64,000 nt of DNA. Source: an uncultured Clostridia bacterium (GTDB lineage Bacteria > Bacillota > Clostridia > TANB77 > CAG-508). The translations under genes were made by a program, and so were the position numbers. This document shows, piece by piece, positions 47,988 to 59,386 of the stretch (the first letter of the stretch is position 1; every line of letters starts with the position of its first letter). The notes below the pieces were generated by a model. The model was not told the DNA's origin and ran no database searches. It worked only from the letters and a program-made list of their open reading frames with translations. The DNA is taken from contig CALXVG010000001.1 in NCBI GenBank assembly GCA_944391955.1, positions 131,170 through 195,169 of the forward strand, given 5' to 3'.

Positions 47988-50102
47988 CTAGACTTTATTT
48001 TCTGTTCTCCATTTTTGTACATCTTCTTGTGATGCAACCTCTCCTGTTTCTAAATCAGTAATTGAGTATCCTAATTCTATTTCGTTTGGTTTTTTGTTTG
48101 CTGTTATATTTATTATTGCATATTTATTTCCCAGAATATGAGCACTAATATTAATTTGATATTGATTATTTGAGTTTGTAACAAAATTTGCATTTGGATT
48201 AGTACTACTAATGTTTTGTATTAATCTTTCTATTGTATCATCATTAATATATTGATTCATTTTCTCATTAATTTGTTCATCATATACTCCGTTGTTTGTG
48301 TCTATATAGAATATATTACATAGACAATTATCTTTCTCTCTTATTGCTATTTTTCCACGTTGGAAATTACTTCCATTATTTTCATGAATTACAATTTCTT
48401 TCTTTATTTCTATATTCTCTTCCCATATATCTTTCATATCATTTTCTTCATGTACAACTGATATATTGTAAAAGTATGTGTCTAATTCAAAAATCTCACC
48501 TTCAACAAAATATGGGTTTTCTTTTTTAAATGCTATCATATCTATTCCATATATGATGTTATCTGTAATTCCTACAAAAGGCTTTTTCATTTGTACATTA
48601 TTTTTCTCTTTACCTTTTTCTTCAACTATTAATGTTTCAATTTGTTTATTTAAAGTAGTAACAAAATCCGCATCTTTATAATATAAATCACTTAAAGACA
48701 GCTCTTCTCCTGTGTATAGATTATAAATATTGCTGTATCCATCATAAATATAGCTAATTGTTCCAATTTGATATGTTAACAATACTTGAACACATAGATA
48801 TCCATTTTTACATTGAGTTTGTACATTTATTCCATCTACAACGCTATTTGCTATCTGAGATAAATATTGTTCATATTCTCTTTCTACTGTTTGTAATTGT
48901 ATCCTACTATCTACTATAAATTGATTAATCTTATTTTCTAATTCTTGATTTTTTAATCCTTTAATTTCTTCTATGTTTTCATTTTGTCCAAATTCACAGT
49001 ATTCAGAAGTGTCTAATGTATAATAAAAATTACTCAATGTTGCATCTTCTACTTGTTCTTTACCTGTTCCTGACGAACTATATTTATTCACTGATAATTC
49101 TTCTACTTCTATTGCTTTAATAGGAATATAGCCTGCTTCTGCAACCGCTTTTTGTCCTTGTGCAGTTATCAGCCATTCTACTAATGTTCCTGTCGATTTT
49201 GTTTCAGCTTTTGCTGTATTGTATACTGCATAAATATCATATAATAATAAATATTTATGTGAAGCCAAGTTCTGTTTTGTTACTTCAATATCATCTACTT
49301 TTATAAACTTTATTTCATTATCATACATACTACTCGGATATTTATATATCATAAATCCTATAGCATTTTCAGAATTATCATATGTAGCAGTTGTTTGGAT
49401 TAATCCTGAATTGATTGCTGGTAGCACTTCTGTTTTTGGTTCAGCAAGTTCCACATCATCCATAAATATTTCCATGAAATTTTGTGCCATTGTATCTTCT
49501 GCGTTTTGATATACAATTATTTCAGCATCATTTCCACCAACTTCGCTCCAGTTTGTTATTTCTCCTGAGAATATACCTTTTAACTGTTCTTGTGTTAATG
49601 ATTCAACTGGATTTGCAGCATTTACAAAAAAAACTAAAGCTTCATTTGCAACTGTTTCTACGGTTAAATTTATATTTTTAGCTGCTGCTTCTCTCTCTTG
49701 ATTTATTGTCCAATTTGTCGTAAAAATCAAATCACATTCCCCTGATAATAAATTTTTAAAAGCTTTTTCTTCAGTTGAATGATAAATAGTTTGTTCAACA
49801 ATTTGTATGTCTATCCCTGTTAAATTTGACATTATTCCTGCCTCTAATGAAATTGTAGAAAAGTCCCCATCCATTTTAGGCAAACTATTTTTTAGCACGT
49901 TTGCTAATTCGCTTGCTTTTATTTTCTCCTCTTCTGTTGCTTGATAATAACTATTTCCTATCCCAATTGTTGGATTTTCATCTGATTGCTTATTTACTTT
50001 ATTATTATATAAAACAAAACAAATTGCTGCTATGAATACTGTAGCTAAAACTACAATTAATAAGATTATCATAACTTTCACTTCTTTGTCTTTTACTTTC
50101 AT
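47988..50102 (-). CDS. Membrane-anchored PstS-like (type 2 periplasmic-binding-fold) domain protein with a large C-terminal domain of unknown function.
   Basis: 704 aa. N-terminal TM. Residues ~60-330 look like a phosphate/anion-binding PBP domain. The C-terminal ~350 aa are unassigned. Confidence 0.5.
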   Translation of the reverse strand: MKVKDKEVKVMIILLIVVLATVFIAAICFVLYNNKVNKQSDENPTIGIGNSYYQATEEEKIKASELANVLKNSLPKMDGDFSTISLEAGIMSNLTGIDIQIVEQTIYHSTEEKAFKNLLSGECDLIFTTNWTINQEREAAAKNINLTVETVANEALVFFVNAANPVESLTQEQLKGIFSGEITNWSEVGGNDAEIIVYQNAEDTMAQNFMEIFMDDVELAEPKTEVLPAINSGLIQTTATYDNSENAIGFMIYKYPSSMYDNEIKFIKVDDIEVTKQNLASHKYLLLYDIYAVYNTAKAETKSTGTLVEWLITAQGQKAVAEAGYIPIKAIEVEELSVNKYSSSGTGKEQVEDATLSNFYYTLDTSEYCEFGQNENIEEIKGLKNQELENKINQFIVDSRIQLQTVEREYEQYLSQIANSVVDGINVQTQCKNGYLCVQVLLTYQIGTISYIYDGYSNIYNLYTGEELSLSDLYYKDADFVTTLNKQIETLIVEEKGKEKNNVQMKKPFVGITDNIIYGIDMIAFKKENPYFVEGEIFELDTYFYNISVVHEENDMKDIWEENIEIKKEIVIHENNGSNFQRGKIAIREKDNCLCNIFYIDTNNGVYDEQINEKMNQYINDDTIERLIQNISSTNPNANFVTNSNNQYQINISAHILGNKYAIINITANKKPNEIELGYSITDLETGEVASQEDVQKWRTENKV

Positions 50103-50187
50103 ATTGCAATCACTCCTTTTATAGCCAACTTTTCATGAGTAAAAAAGAAGACATCTTATTCCTAGACATCCTCTCTTGTTTTTACAA

Positions 50188-50427
50188 TTAAATGTTATCT
50201 TTTATATAATCAACAACATCTCCAACTGTTACTACTTTCTCTGCATCACTGTCTGGTATTTCTAAATCAAATTCTTCTTCTAAAGCCATGATTAATTCAA
50301 CTATATCTAAAGAATCTGCTCCTAAATCATCTATAAAAGATGCTTCTGTTGTTATTGATGTTTCTGAAACTCCTAATTGTTCTATAATTATTTCTTTTAC
50401 TTTTTCAAAAATATCTTCTGAGCTCAT
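50188..50427 (-). CDS. acpP: Acyl carrier protein.
   Basis: DLGADSLD phosphopantetheine attachment motif. An AGAGGGGG RBS precedes MSSEDIFEK at 50427. Confidence 0.8.
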   Translation of the reverse strand: MSSEDIFEKVKEIIIEQLGVSETSITTEASFIDDLGADSLDIVELIMALEEEFDLEIPDSDAEKVVTVGDVVDYIKDNI

Positions 50428-50529
50428 TAAATACACCCCCTCTATTTGCATTACATTATATGTATTAAAGTCTAGTACATTTTACACATAATAAGATATT
50501 ATATGGTATCAAAAATGTCAATACTTTTT

Positions 50530-51549
50530 TTATATTTTTTCAAATTCTTTTTTCATTACTTCTACAGTTCCACTTTTGGCAAATTGTTCCGCTTGTTTTA
50601 TCGTATAATAGAACACTTTTTCATCACTACTACCATGTGCTTTTACTACTGGTTTTTTTACTCCTAAAAATAATGCTCCACCATATTCTTTATAGTCCAT
50701 TCTTTTGCTAAATCTTTTTATTGATGGCATTGCAGGTAAAGCACATAGTATTGTTCCTGCATTTTTCTTAAGTTCTTCTGTTAATGTTCTTTTTATAAAT
50801 TTACCCAATCCCTCAACTGTTTTTAAAAGAATGTTGCCTGTAAATCCATCTGTTATAGCTGCATCAATCTCACCTGAAAATACTTCTCTTCCCTCAATAT
50901 TTCCTGCAAAATTTATGTCATATTTTTCAGCATTTTCTTTTATTAGTTTATAGCTTTCTTTCATTAAGTCATTTCCTTTTGTTTCTTCTGTTCCTATATT
51001 TAATAACCCTATTACTGGCTTTTCTATATTGTATATTTTCTTTAGATATACATTAGCCATTTGTGTAAATTGTAATAAATTGATTGGTTTACAATTTGTA
51101 TTTGCTCCTGCATCCATAAGCATTACACCTTTTTTGTAAGATGGTAACATCGGAGCCATTGCTGGTCTATCTACTCCTTTAATTCTACCTATTAATAGGG
51201 TTGCACCTGTAAGTAATGCTCCAGAGTTTCCTGCTGAAACAAAAACATCTCCTTTCTCTTGTTTTAATAGATTAAATCCTACGACCATAGAAGAATCTTT
51301 TTTGTGTTTTATTGCTTGTGTTGGAATATCTTCCATTGTTATCTCTTCTGTTGTATGATGAATTGTTAATTTGTCAGAAATTTCTTTTATGTTATCTTTA
51401 CCATAAAATTCTTTTATTTTTTTATTTATAACCTCTTCATTTCCTACTAATATAATTTCTGATTCTATCTCTTTAATGGCTTTAACAGCCCCTTTTATAT
51501 TTGCATCTGGTGCATTATCTCCACCCATAGCATCTAATATGATTTTCAT
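50530..51549 (-). CDS. plsX: Phosphate acyltransferase PlsX.
   Basis: 339 aa. MKIILDAMGGDNAP N-terminus typical of PlsX. Confidence 0.9.
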   Translation of the reverse strand: MKIILDAMGGDNAPDANIKGAVKAIKEIESEIILVGNEEVINKKIKEFYGKDNIKEISDKLTIHHTTEEITMEDIPTQAIKHKKDSSMVVGFNLLKQEKGDVFVSAGNSGALLTGATLLIGRIKGVDRPAMAPMLPSYKKGVMLMDAGANTNCKPINLLQFTQMANVYLKKIYNIEKPVIGLLNIGTEETKGNDLMKESYKLIKENAEKYDINFAGNIEGREVFSGEIDAAITDGFTGNILLKTVEGLGKFIKRTLTEELKKNAGTILCALPAMPSIKRFSKRMDYKEYGGALFLGVKKPVVKAHGSSDEKVFYYTIKQAEQFAKSGTVEVMKKEFEKI

Positions 51550-51686
51550 GATTTACTCCTCTTTTTTTCTTTGATGTTATTATTTTAATATGTTATCTAT
51601 AAAATTGCAAGTATTATATGAAATTTTATTATTATTTGCAAAAAAGGAACGCTATTTGCGTTCCTTTAATTTGTTTTCATTATTTT

Positions 51687-52307
51687 CTAGTTTGCCTTGA
51701 AGTGATTTTCTAACTCATCAAATAAGCTTTCACCTTCTACACTAGTCATTGTTACTAATATGAAATATTCTCCTTCTACATATACATAACTTCTTTGAAC
51801 AACTCCTAGTTCTGATTCATTAAATGTTAATGTTGAACACTCTGCATTTCCTAATTTTGCTGTTCCTTCATCTATAACTGTATAGTTAAATCCTGTTAAA
51901 CTTGTTAGTTGTGTTCTTAATGCTTCCATATATTCCTCTAATGTTACTGTTGATGCTGTTTTTTCTGCCATTATTAGAACATTATTTCCGGTTCCTTCTC
52001 TTGCTACTGCAAAATATACTGCTGACAATTTAGCTGCTTCAGAAATATATTTACCTTCACTTTCTAACGCATCTTCCCCTAATTGCATTATTGTAGCAAT
52101 CTCTTTATCTGTTGATGCTGTCCAATTTTCAGGCAATTCAAATTTGTATTTTAAAAAGCTATTTTCATAAACTCCGTCTTTCCATTCTCCCATGCTAAAT
52201 TCTTTTTTTGCTGTTTCTTCATCTTTTTTATCTCCACATGCTGTTATAGTTAGCACTAATACTAGTAATATCATTATTATAGAAAATATCTTTAATGTTT
52301 TTTTCAT
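51687..52307 (-). CDS. Hypothetical lipoprotein.
   Basis: 206 aa. Lipobox LTITAC↓G after the signal peptide. Confidence 0.5.
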   Translation of the reverse strand: MKKTLKIFSIIMILLVLVLTITACGDKKDEETAKKEFSMGEWKDGVYENSFLKYKFELPENWTASTDKEIATIMQLGEDALESEGKYISEAAKLSAVYFAVAREGTGNNVLIMAEKTASTVTLEEYMEALRTQLTSLTGFNYTVIDEGTAKLGNAECSTLTFNESELGVVQRSYVYVEGEYFILVTMTSVEGESLFDELENHFKAN

Positions 52308-52383
52308 TATTATAATCCCCTTTCATATTTCTAATATTAAGTATTATACCATTTAAAACATTTTCATGCAACCTTTTTGTGTA

Positions 52384-52422
52384 AATAAAAAAGAGTTTCA
52401 AAATTTGAAACTCTTTTTTTAA
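52384..52422. terminator. Terminator after tuf (bidirectional hairpin).
   Basis: AAGAGTTTCAAA ... TTTGAAACTCTT with flanking A/T runs. Confidence 0.6.
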
Positions 52423-52428
52423 TATCTA

Positions 52429-53631
52429 TTATTCCATTATTTCAGAAACTATACCAGAACCTACTGTTCTACCACCTTCACGGATAGCAAATCTTAATCC
52501 TTTTTCCATTGCTATTGGTGTAATTAATTCTATTGTCATAGAAACATTATCACCTGGCATTACCATTTCTGTTCCTTGTGGTAATTCAATTAATCCTGTA
52601 ACGTCTGTTGTTCTGAAGTAGAATTGTGGTCTGTAACCGTTAAAGAATGGTGTATGTCTTCCACCTTCTTCTTTAGTTAAGACATAAACTTCTGCTTTGA
52701 ATTTTGTATGAGGTTTAATTGATCCTGGTTTTGCTAATACTTGACCTCTCTCAATTTCTTCTCTTTGAATACCTCTTAATAGTAATCCGATGTTGTCTCC
52801 AGCTTCTGCTTGGTCTAGTAATTTTCTAAACATTTCAACACCTGTTACTACTGTTTTCTTAGCTTCTTTAGCTAATCCAACTATTTCAACTTCGTCAGAA
52901 ACTTTAACTGTTCCTCTTTCTACTCTACCTGTTGCAACTGTTCCTCTACCTGTTATAGAGAATACGTCTTCAACTGGCATTAAGAAGTCTCCATCTGTTG
53001 GTCTATCTGGTGTTGGTATATAAGAATCTACTGCATCCATTAATTCTTTGATGCATGCATATTCTGGTGCATTTGGATCTGTTGATGAACTTTCTAGAAC
53101 TTTTAATGAAGATCCTTTTATGATTGGGATTTCATCTCCTGGGAATTCGTAGCTAGATAATAAGTCTCTAACTTCCATTTCTACTAATTCTAATAATTCT
53201 GGGTCATCAACCATATCGCATTTATTTAAGTAAACAACGATATATTTAACACCAACTTGTCTTGCAAGTAATATATGCTCTCTTGTTTGAGGCATTGGTC
53301 CATCAGCTGCTGAAACAACTAATATTGCTCCATCCATTTGTGCAGCACCTGTAATCATGTTTTTTACATAGTCTGCGTGACCTGGACAGTCAACGTGTGC
53401 ATAGTGTCTTTTTTCTGTTTCATATTCTACGTGAGCTGTATTAATTGTAATACCTCTTGCTTTTTCTTCTGGTGCTCCGTCAATTTGATCATATGCTGTA
53501 AACTTAGCCATGTTTAATAATCCTAAGTATTTTGTAATAGCTGCTGTTGTTGTTGTTTTTCCATGGTCAACGTGACCAATTGTACCAATGTTTACGTGTG
53601 GTTTGGTTCTTTCAAATTTTTCCTTTGCCAT
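52429..53631 (-). CDS. tuf: Elongation factor Tu.
   Basis: 400 aa with GHVDHGKTT. Confidence 0.95.
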   Translation of the reverse strand: MAKEKFERTKPHVNIGTIGHVDHGKTTTTAAITKYLGLLNMAKFTAYDQIDGAPEEKARGITINTAHVEYETEKRHYAHVDCPGHADYVKNMITGAAQMDGAILVVSAADGPMPQTREHILLARQVGVKYIVVYLNKCDMVDDPELLELVEMEVRDLLSSYEFPGDEIPIIKGSSLKVLESSSTDPNAPEYACIKELMDAVDSYIPTPDRPTDGDFLMPVEDVFSITGRGTVATGRVERGTVKVSDEVEIVGLAKEAKKTVVTGVEMFRKLLDQAEAGDNIGLLLRGIQREEIERGQVLAKPGSIKPHTKFKAEVYVLTKEEGGRHTPFFNGYRPQFYFRTTDVTGLIELPQGTEMVMPGDNVSMTIELITPIAMEKGLRFAIREGGRTVGSGIVSEIME

Positions 53632-53815
53632 TTAAAAATCCTCCTTTAATTTGGTATTTAGAATTTTGATTTTGGAATTTAGAGCATTTCTCTTTTATTC
53701 CATTCTAAACCCTTTATATTTTTAAATTTAATGACTATTTTTAGCAATTGCTATTTTATAACAATTTTGCTTTTTTTGCAATAGTTTTACTGCATTTTTT
53801 TGTTTTTATTATATT

Positions 53816-55900
53816 TTACTCTTCTTTTTTCGCACGAGAAGCTACAATATTTTCAAGAATTGATTTTGGAACTTCTTCGTAATGAGATGGTTCCATTGCA
53901 TATGTTCCTCTACCTTGTGTTTTTGAACGTAAGTCTGTTGCATAACCAAACATTTCTGATAATGGTATGAATGCTCTTATTATTTGCATTCCATTTCTTG
54001 CTTCCATTCCTTCCATTTTTCCACGTCTAGAGTTTACATCTCCTATAACATCTCCCATGTATTCTTCTGGAACTGTTATTTCAACTTTCATAATAGGCTC
54101 TAATATAACTGATTTAGCTTGTTTACATCCTTCTTTGAATGCCATAGAACCTGCAATTTTGAATGCCATTTCTGATGAGTCAACATCATGGTATGATCCA
54201 TCTACTAATGTAGCTTTAAAGTCTATAACTGGGTAACCTGCTAAGATACCGCTTTCTGCTGCTTCACGGATACCTTCTTCTGTTGGTTTAACGTATTCTT
54301 TTGGAACAACACCACCAACAATTTTGCTTTCGAATTCGATTCCTGAACCTGGTTCTAATGGTTCCATCTCTAGCCATACGTGTCCATATTGTCCACGTCC
54401 ACCAGATTGACGTATGAATTTTCCTTCTACTCTTACTTTGTTTCTAATTGTTTCTTTGTAAGAAACTTGTGGTTTACCTACATTACATTCAACTTTAAAT
54501 TCTCTTTTTAATCTGTCTACTATAATATCTAGGTGTAATTCTCCCATACCTGCAATTATTGTTTGACCAGTTTCATGGTTTGTATATGTTTTGAATGTTG
54601 GATCTTCTTCAGCAAGTTTTGCTAAAGCTATACCCATTTTTTCTTGAGCTACTTTGTCTTTTGGCTCGATTGCTATTTCTATAACTGGTTCTGGGAATTC
54701 CATAGATTCTAGTATAACTGGGTGATCTATATCACATAATGTATCACCTGTTGTTACATCTTTTAAACCAACTGCTGCTGCTATATCTCCTGAATATACT
54801 TTGTCAATATCTTCTCTATGGTTTGCATGCATTTGAAGAATTCTTCCTATTCTTTCTTTTTTATCTTTATTTGCATTTAAAACTGTTGAACCTGAATCTA
54901 ATGTTCCTGAATAAACTCTAAAGAAACATAATTTTCCAACAAATGGGTCTGTTGCAATTTTAAATGCTAATGCTGCAAATGGTTCACTATCTGATGTTTT
55001 TCTTTCTGTTTCATTACCATCCAAATCAACACCTTTAATATGTGGTACATCTAGTGGTGATGGCATGAATTCTACTATATAATTTAGTAGTTCTTGTACA
55101 CCTTTATTTTTGTATGATGAACCACAACATACCGGTACTATTTTATTTGCTATTGTACCAATTCTTAAACCTTTTTTGATTTCTTCTTCAGAAAGTTCTT
55201 CACCTTCTAAATATTTCATCATTAATTCATCATCTTGCTCTGCTGCTGCTTCTATCATTTCTGCTCTGAATTTTTCAGCAGTTTCTTTTAAATCTTCAGG
55301 AATATCTGTTTCTTCAATAACTTTTCCTAAATCATCTTTATGAATAAATGCTCTCATTTTTATTAAGTCAACTATTCCTTGGAATGTATCCTCACTACCT
55401 ATTGGTATTTCTACTGGGATAGCATTTGCATTTAATCTGTTTTTCATTTGCTCTACACATCCAAAGAAATCTGCTCCTGTAGTGTCCATTTTGTTTACAT
55501 ATGCCATTCTTGGTACTTGGTATTTATCAGCTTGTCGCCAAACTGTTTCAGATTGTGGTTGTACACCACCTTTTGCACAAAATACTGTTACAGAACCGTC
55601 TAATACTCTTAAAGATCTTTCAACTTCAACAGTGAAATCAACGTGACCTGGAGTATCAATTATGTTGATTCTATGGTTTAACCATTGACATGTTGTTGCT
55701 GCAGAAGTAATTGTTATACCTCTTTCTTGTTCTTGGTCCATCCAGTCCATAGTAGCTGCACCTTCGTGAACTTCTCCTATTTTATGTGTTTTACCTGTAT
55801 AGAAAAGAATTCTTTCTGTTGTTGTTGTTTTTCCCGCATCAATGTGAGCCATTATTCCTATATTTCTTGTTCTTTCTAATGGAAATGCTCTACCTGCCAT
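53816..55900 (-). CDS. fusA: Elongation factor G.
   Basis: 694 aa with AHIDAGKTT. Confidence 0.95.
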   Translation of the reverse strand: MAGRAFPLERTRNIGIMAHIDAGKTTTTERILFYTGKTHKIGEVHEGAATMDWMDQEQERGITITSAATTCQWLNHRINIIDTPGHVDFTVEVERSLRVLDGSVTVFCAKGGVQPQSETVWRQADKYQVPRMAYVNKMDTTGADFFGCVEQMKNRLNANAIPVEIPIGSEDTFQGIVDLIKMRAFIHKDDLGKVIEETDIPEDLKETAEKFRAEMIEAAAEQDDELMMKYLEGEELSEEEIKKGLRIGTIANKIVPVCCGSSYKNKGVQELLNYIVEFMPSPLDVPHIKGVDLDGNETERKTSDSEPFAALAFKIATDPFVGKLCFFRVYSGTLDSGSTVLNANKDKKERIGRILQMHANHREDIDKVYSGDIAAAVGLKDVTTGDTLCDIDHPVILESMEFPEPVIEIAIEPKDKVAQEKMGIALAKLAEEDPTFKTYTNHETGQTIIAGMGELHLDIIVDRLKREFKVECNVGKPQVSYKETIRNKVRVEGKFIRQSGGRGQYGHVWLEMEPLEPGSGIEFESKIVGGVVPKEYVKPTEEGIREAAESGILAGYPVIDFKATLVDGSYHDVDSSEMAFKIAGSMAFKEGCKQAKSVILEPIMKVEITVPEEYMGDVIGDVNSRRGKMEGMEARNGMQIIRAFIPLSEMFGYATDLRSKTQGRGTYAMEPSHYEEVPKSILENIVASRAKKEE

Positions 55901-55926
55901 TAATTTTTCCTCCTATTTATAAAATT

Positions 55927-56397
55927 TTACCATTTGTAATGAGCAAATGCTTTGTTTGCTTCTGCCATTCTATGTGTTTCTTCTTTTTTCTTAACTGCTC
56001 CACCTGTTTGGTTGATAGCATCAATTATTTCACCTGCTAATTTTTCAGCCATTGTTTTTTCATGTCTGTTTCTAGCATAAGTTACTAACCATCTTAATCC
56101 TAAAGTTTGTCTTCTTTCAGCTCTAATTTCGATTGGAACTTGGTATGTTGCTCCACCTACTCTTCTTGCTTTAACTTCAAGGACAGGCATAATGTTGTTT
56201 AATGCTACTTCAAAAACTTCTAAAGCATCTTTTCCTTCTTTTTCTTTTACTATTTCGAATGCTTCATAAACTATTTTTTGAGCAACTGTTTTTTTACCAT
56301 CTAACATAATATTGTTTATTAGTTTTGTAACTATTTTACTATTATATATTGGATCTGGTAAAACATCTCTTTTTGCTATATATCCTCTTCTTGGCAC
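55927..56397 (-). CDS. rpsG: 30S ribosomal protein S7.
   Basis: 156 aa. GTG start with an AAAAGGAGTG RBS. Confidence 0.9.
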   Translation of the reverse strand: MPRRGYIAKRDVLPDPIYNSKIVTKLINNIMLDGKKTVAQKIVYEAFEIVKEKEGKDALEVFEVALNNIMPVLEVKARRVGGATYQVPIEIRAERRQTLGLRWLVTYARNRHEKTMAEKLAGEIIDAINQTGGAVKKKEETHRMAEANKAFAHYKW

Positions 56398-56762
56398 TTT
56401 TCTTCACTCCTTTTCTTATTTAGAGGTTAATTTTTATACTCTTTCCTCTTTTTTGTAATACTTTATACAAAAGTATTAAAGTTACTCTGAATTTTTTCAG
56501 TTAGTGCTAATTGGATGTTTTTACGGAGGTCGGAGGTCCGATGTCAGAGTCTGACGTCCGTTCAATCTATATTTATTTTATTACATCTCTTTATTAACAC
56601 TTTTTTGCTAAACATCTTTTGGTCTTTTCATTAATTTTACATTTTAATCAAAAACGAGTAATACTAGGAAAACCAATAAATTTTTTTGAGACTATACATA
56701 AGTATGTCGATAAAAAAATTATGCAGTTTGACAACGTAGTACGAAGTTTTTCATTAAAATGC

Positions 56763-57176
56763 TTATTTTTTTGGACGTTTAGCTCCATATTTAGATCTAG
56801 CTTGCATTCTATCTTTAACACCAGCTGTATCTAAAGTTCCTCTAATGATATGGTATCTAACACCTGGGATATCTTTTACCCTTCCACCTCTTATTAAAAC
56901 AACACTGTGTTCTTGTAAGTTGTGTCCTATTCCTGGAATGTATGATGTTACTTCATATCCATTTGATAGTCTAACCCTTGCAACTTTTCTTAAAGCAGAG
57001 TTTGGTTTTTTAGGTGTTACTGTTTTAACTACTGTACATACTCCTCTTTTTTGTGGTGATCTGTTATTTGTTTGTCTGTTCAATTTTGAATTAAATCCCT
57101 TTTGTAAAGCTGGAGCTGTTGATTTTGTAGTTGATGTTTTTCTACCTTTTCTTACTAATTGATTAATTGTTGGCAC
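56763..57176 (-). CDS. rpsL: 30S ribosomal protein S12.
   Basis: (V)[11 protein letters not shown]. Likely GTG start at 57176 behind an AGGAGGTG RBS. The ORF-track start at 57188 lies inside the RBS. Confidence 0.9.
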   Translation of the reverse strand: MPTINQLVRKGRKTSTTKSTAPALQKGFNSKLNRQTNNRSPQKRGVCTVVKTVTPKKPNSALRKVARVRLSNGYEVTSYIPGIGHNLQEHSVVLIRGGRVKDIPGVRYHIIRGTLDTAGVKDRMQARSKYGAKRPKK

Positions 57177-57313
57177 TTTCTTTTTCACCTCCTAAAAATA
57201 AACATTAACGCTTAATATTATACCATCTATAACCTTAAACGTCAATGTTTTTTCTAAATTTTTCCTCGCATATTCATTTTGCTTTCATTTATACTAATAT
57301 TGATGGAGGTTTT

Positions 57314-57913
57314 ATGAAATTTTTAATTATTATTTTAATAAGTTCTTTTTTATTTCTTACTGGTTGTACTTCTAATAATGGAAATCAAGAAAATGAGAAT
57401 TCATCTGCTAATAGTTATAATGTTACTCCATTATCTACAACTGTTCTTAAAGAAGAAGTAATTGCATCATTTTCAACACCTGTAAATTATCCCGAAGATT
57501 CTAATAGGCAAACTAATATGACTCTTTGCTGTAATACTTTAAATGGCACTATTGTTAAATCAGGAGAAACATTTTCTTTTTGTGATACCGTTGGTCAAGC
57601 TACACCTGAAAAAGGATATAAAGAAGCCGATATATTTGACTTGGACGGCAACATTACTACTGGATATGGTGGTGGAAAATGTCAAGTTAGTACCACATTA
57701 TATAATGCAGTATTAGCTGTACAAAATCTAGTTGTTACTGAAAGACATCCTCATACAAGAAAAGTATATTATGTAGAAGAGGGTAAAGACGCTTGTATCA
57801 GCTATGGTGGTGCAGATTTAAAATTCAGAAATGATACTGAATTTGATATTAAAATTTATGCAACAAACAATTATAATACTATAGATGTTTCGCTTGCTAG
57901 AATTTATTATTAG
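57314..57913 (+). CDS. VanW-domain lipoprotein.
   Basis: Start MKFLIIIL after a GGAGG RBS. Lipobox LTGC. VanW-like C-terminal region. Confidence 0.65.
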   Translation: MKFLIIILISSFLFLTGCTSNNGNQENENSSANSYNVTPLSTTVLKEEVIASFSTPVNYPEDSNRQTNMTLCCNTLNGTIVKSGETFSFCDTVGQATPEKGYKEADIFDLDGNITTGYGGGKCQVSTTLYNAVLAVQNLVVTERHPHTRKVYYVEEGKDACISYGGADLKFRNDTEFDIKIYATNNYNTIDVSLARIYY

Positions 57914-57958
57914 TCATAAATTACATTTTTACACATATTATTTACAAAATAAATTTAT

Positions 57959-59197
57959 ATGGAGGAATGTATTTTGATTAAAAAAATCATAAGTCTTATT
58001 ATTCTATTTATGCTTATATTTTCATATATTTATGTATTAGCAACAGATAGTTTATATGTATGGTCTGGCTCAGTAGAAACTGAAGCCATTACGACCTCTG
58101 CTTTTTTGAAGACTCAAGAAGGAAATTTTTTAAATCTTACAAGTGGAAGTGCTATCTTGATGGAGCAATCTACTGGGACAATACTTTATGAACATAACAT
58201 TCATGAACAATTAAGACCAGCTAGTGTTACCAAAATAATGACCATACTTTTAATCATGGAAGCTTTAGATAATGGAATCATTTCATTACAAGATAATGTG
58301 CCATGTTCTGAAACTGCAGCATCCATGGGTGGTTCTCAGATTTGGTTAGACCCATCAGAAACATTAACTGTTGACGAAATGTTAAAAGCAATATGTGTTG
58401 TTTCTGCAAATGATTGTTGTGTTGCTATGGCTGAATATATCTCTGGCAGTCAAGAACTCTTTGTTGAGCAAATGAATAAACGTGCAAAAGAATTAGGAAT
58501 GAATGATACTAATTTCAAGAATTGTCATGGGCTAGATGAGGACGGTCATGTTACTTCAAGTTATGATATTGCATTAATGTCTAGAGAATTACTAACAAAG
58601 CATCCTACTATTACTAATTACACCACAATTTGGATGGATACCTTAAGAGATGGAACATCTCAGTTAGTTAATACTAACAAACTTCTTCGTAATTATAATG
58701 GATGTACTGGTTTAAAAACAGGTTCTACTTCAACTGCTTTATTTAATTTATCTGCTAGTGCCACAAGAGATAATTTATCTTTAATTGCTGTTATTATGAG
58801 AGGCGAAACTTCTGCAATTAGATTTTCTGAAGCACAAAAATTATTAGATTATGGGTTTAGTAATTTTGAATATTATACATATTCAAATACTTCTGAAATA
58901 CTTAGACCAGTTTTAGTCACAAAAGGAACAAAGCAAAGTGTTGATGTTACTTTTAATGAAACTGCCGGAAGTTTAATTCCGAAAGGGCAAACTTCAAATA
59001 TTACCACAACAGTAGTTTTGCCAGACTCCGTATCAGCACCAGTAAACAAAGGAGATAAAATTGGTGAAGTTGTTTTCAAACTAGGAGATGAAAAATTAGC
59101 ATCAATAGATTTAATTACTTGTAACAGTGTAAAAAAAATCAATTTTGGAAATATGTTAGTTCAAGTTGTTAATAGTTGGTTTAATCTTTTAAGATAG
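57959..59197 (+). CDS. Serine-type D-Ala-D-Ala carboxypeptidase (PBP5/DacF-like).
   Basis: SVTK (SxxK), SAN and KTG motifs. A C-terminal beta-sandwich domain. Confidence 0.8.
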   Translation: MEECILIKKIISLIILFMLIFSYIYVLATDSLYVWSGSVETEAITTSAFLKTQEGNFLNLTSGSAILMEQSTGTILYEHNIHEQLRPASVTKIMTILLIMEALDNGIISLQDNVPCSETAASMGGSQIWLDPSETLTVDEMLKAICVVSANDCCVAMAEYISGSQELFVEQMNKRAKELGMNDTNFKNCHGLDEDGHVTSSYDIALMSRELLTKHPTITNYTTIWMDTLRDGTSQLVNTNKLLRNYNGCTGLKTGSTSTALFNLSASATRDNLSLIAVIMRGETSAIRFSEAQKLLDYGFSNFEYYTYSNTSEILRPVLVTKGTKQSVDVTFNETAGSLIPKGQTSNITTTVVLPDSVSAPVNKGDKIGEVVFKLGDEKLASIDLITCNSVKKINFGNMLVQVVNSWFNLLR

Positions 59198-59357
59198 AAA
59201 CTATTGTTATAAGAAAGGCGTTTTGCTAAGTTAGTCTCCGAAGCAAGTGCAAAACACATGTCACTCGCTTTGCTCGGACGAATTAAGGTAGCCTAACCTT
59301 GTTGTATACGGAAAAATCCAAATAAGGTCAAGCTAAAAGTCGATTTTTCCTATACAA

Positions 59358-59386
59358 TAAAAAAAGTGGGGATTCCCACTTTTTAT
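59358..59386. terminator. Bidirectional terminator between the dac gene and ytfJ.
   Basis: AAAAAAGTGGGGATTCCCACTTTTTATT. Confidence 0.6.

Noticed and set aside
56619-56834. 71-aa plus-strand ORF inside the rpsL-rpsG spacer and the rpsL 3' end.
   Set aside because: It has no RBS, overlaps rpsL in antisense, and its composition is implausible.
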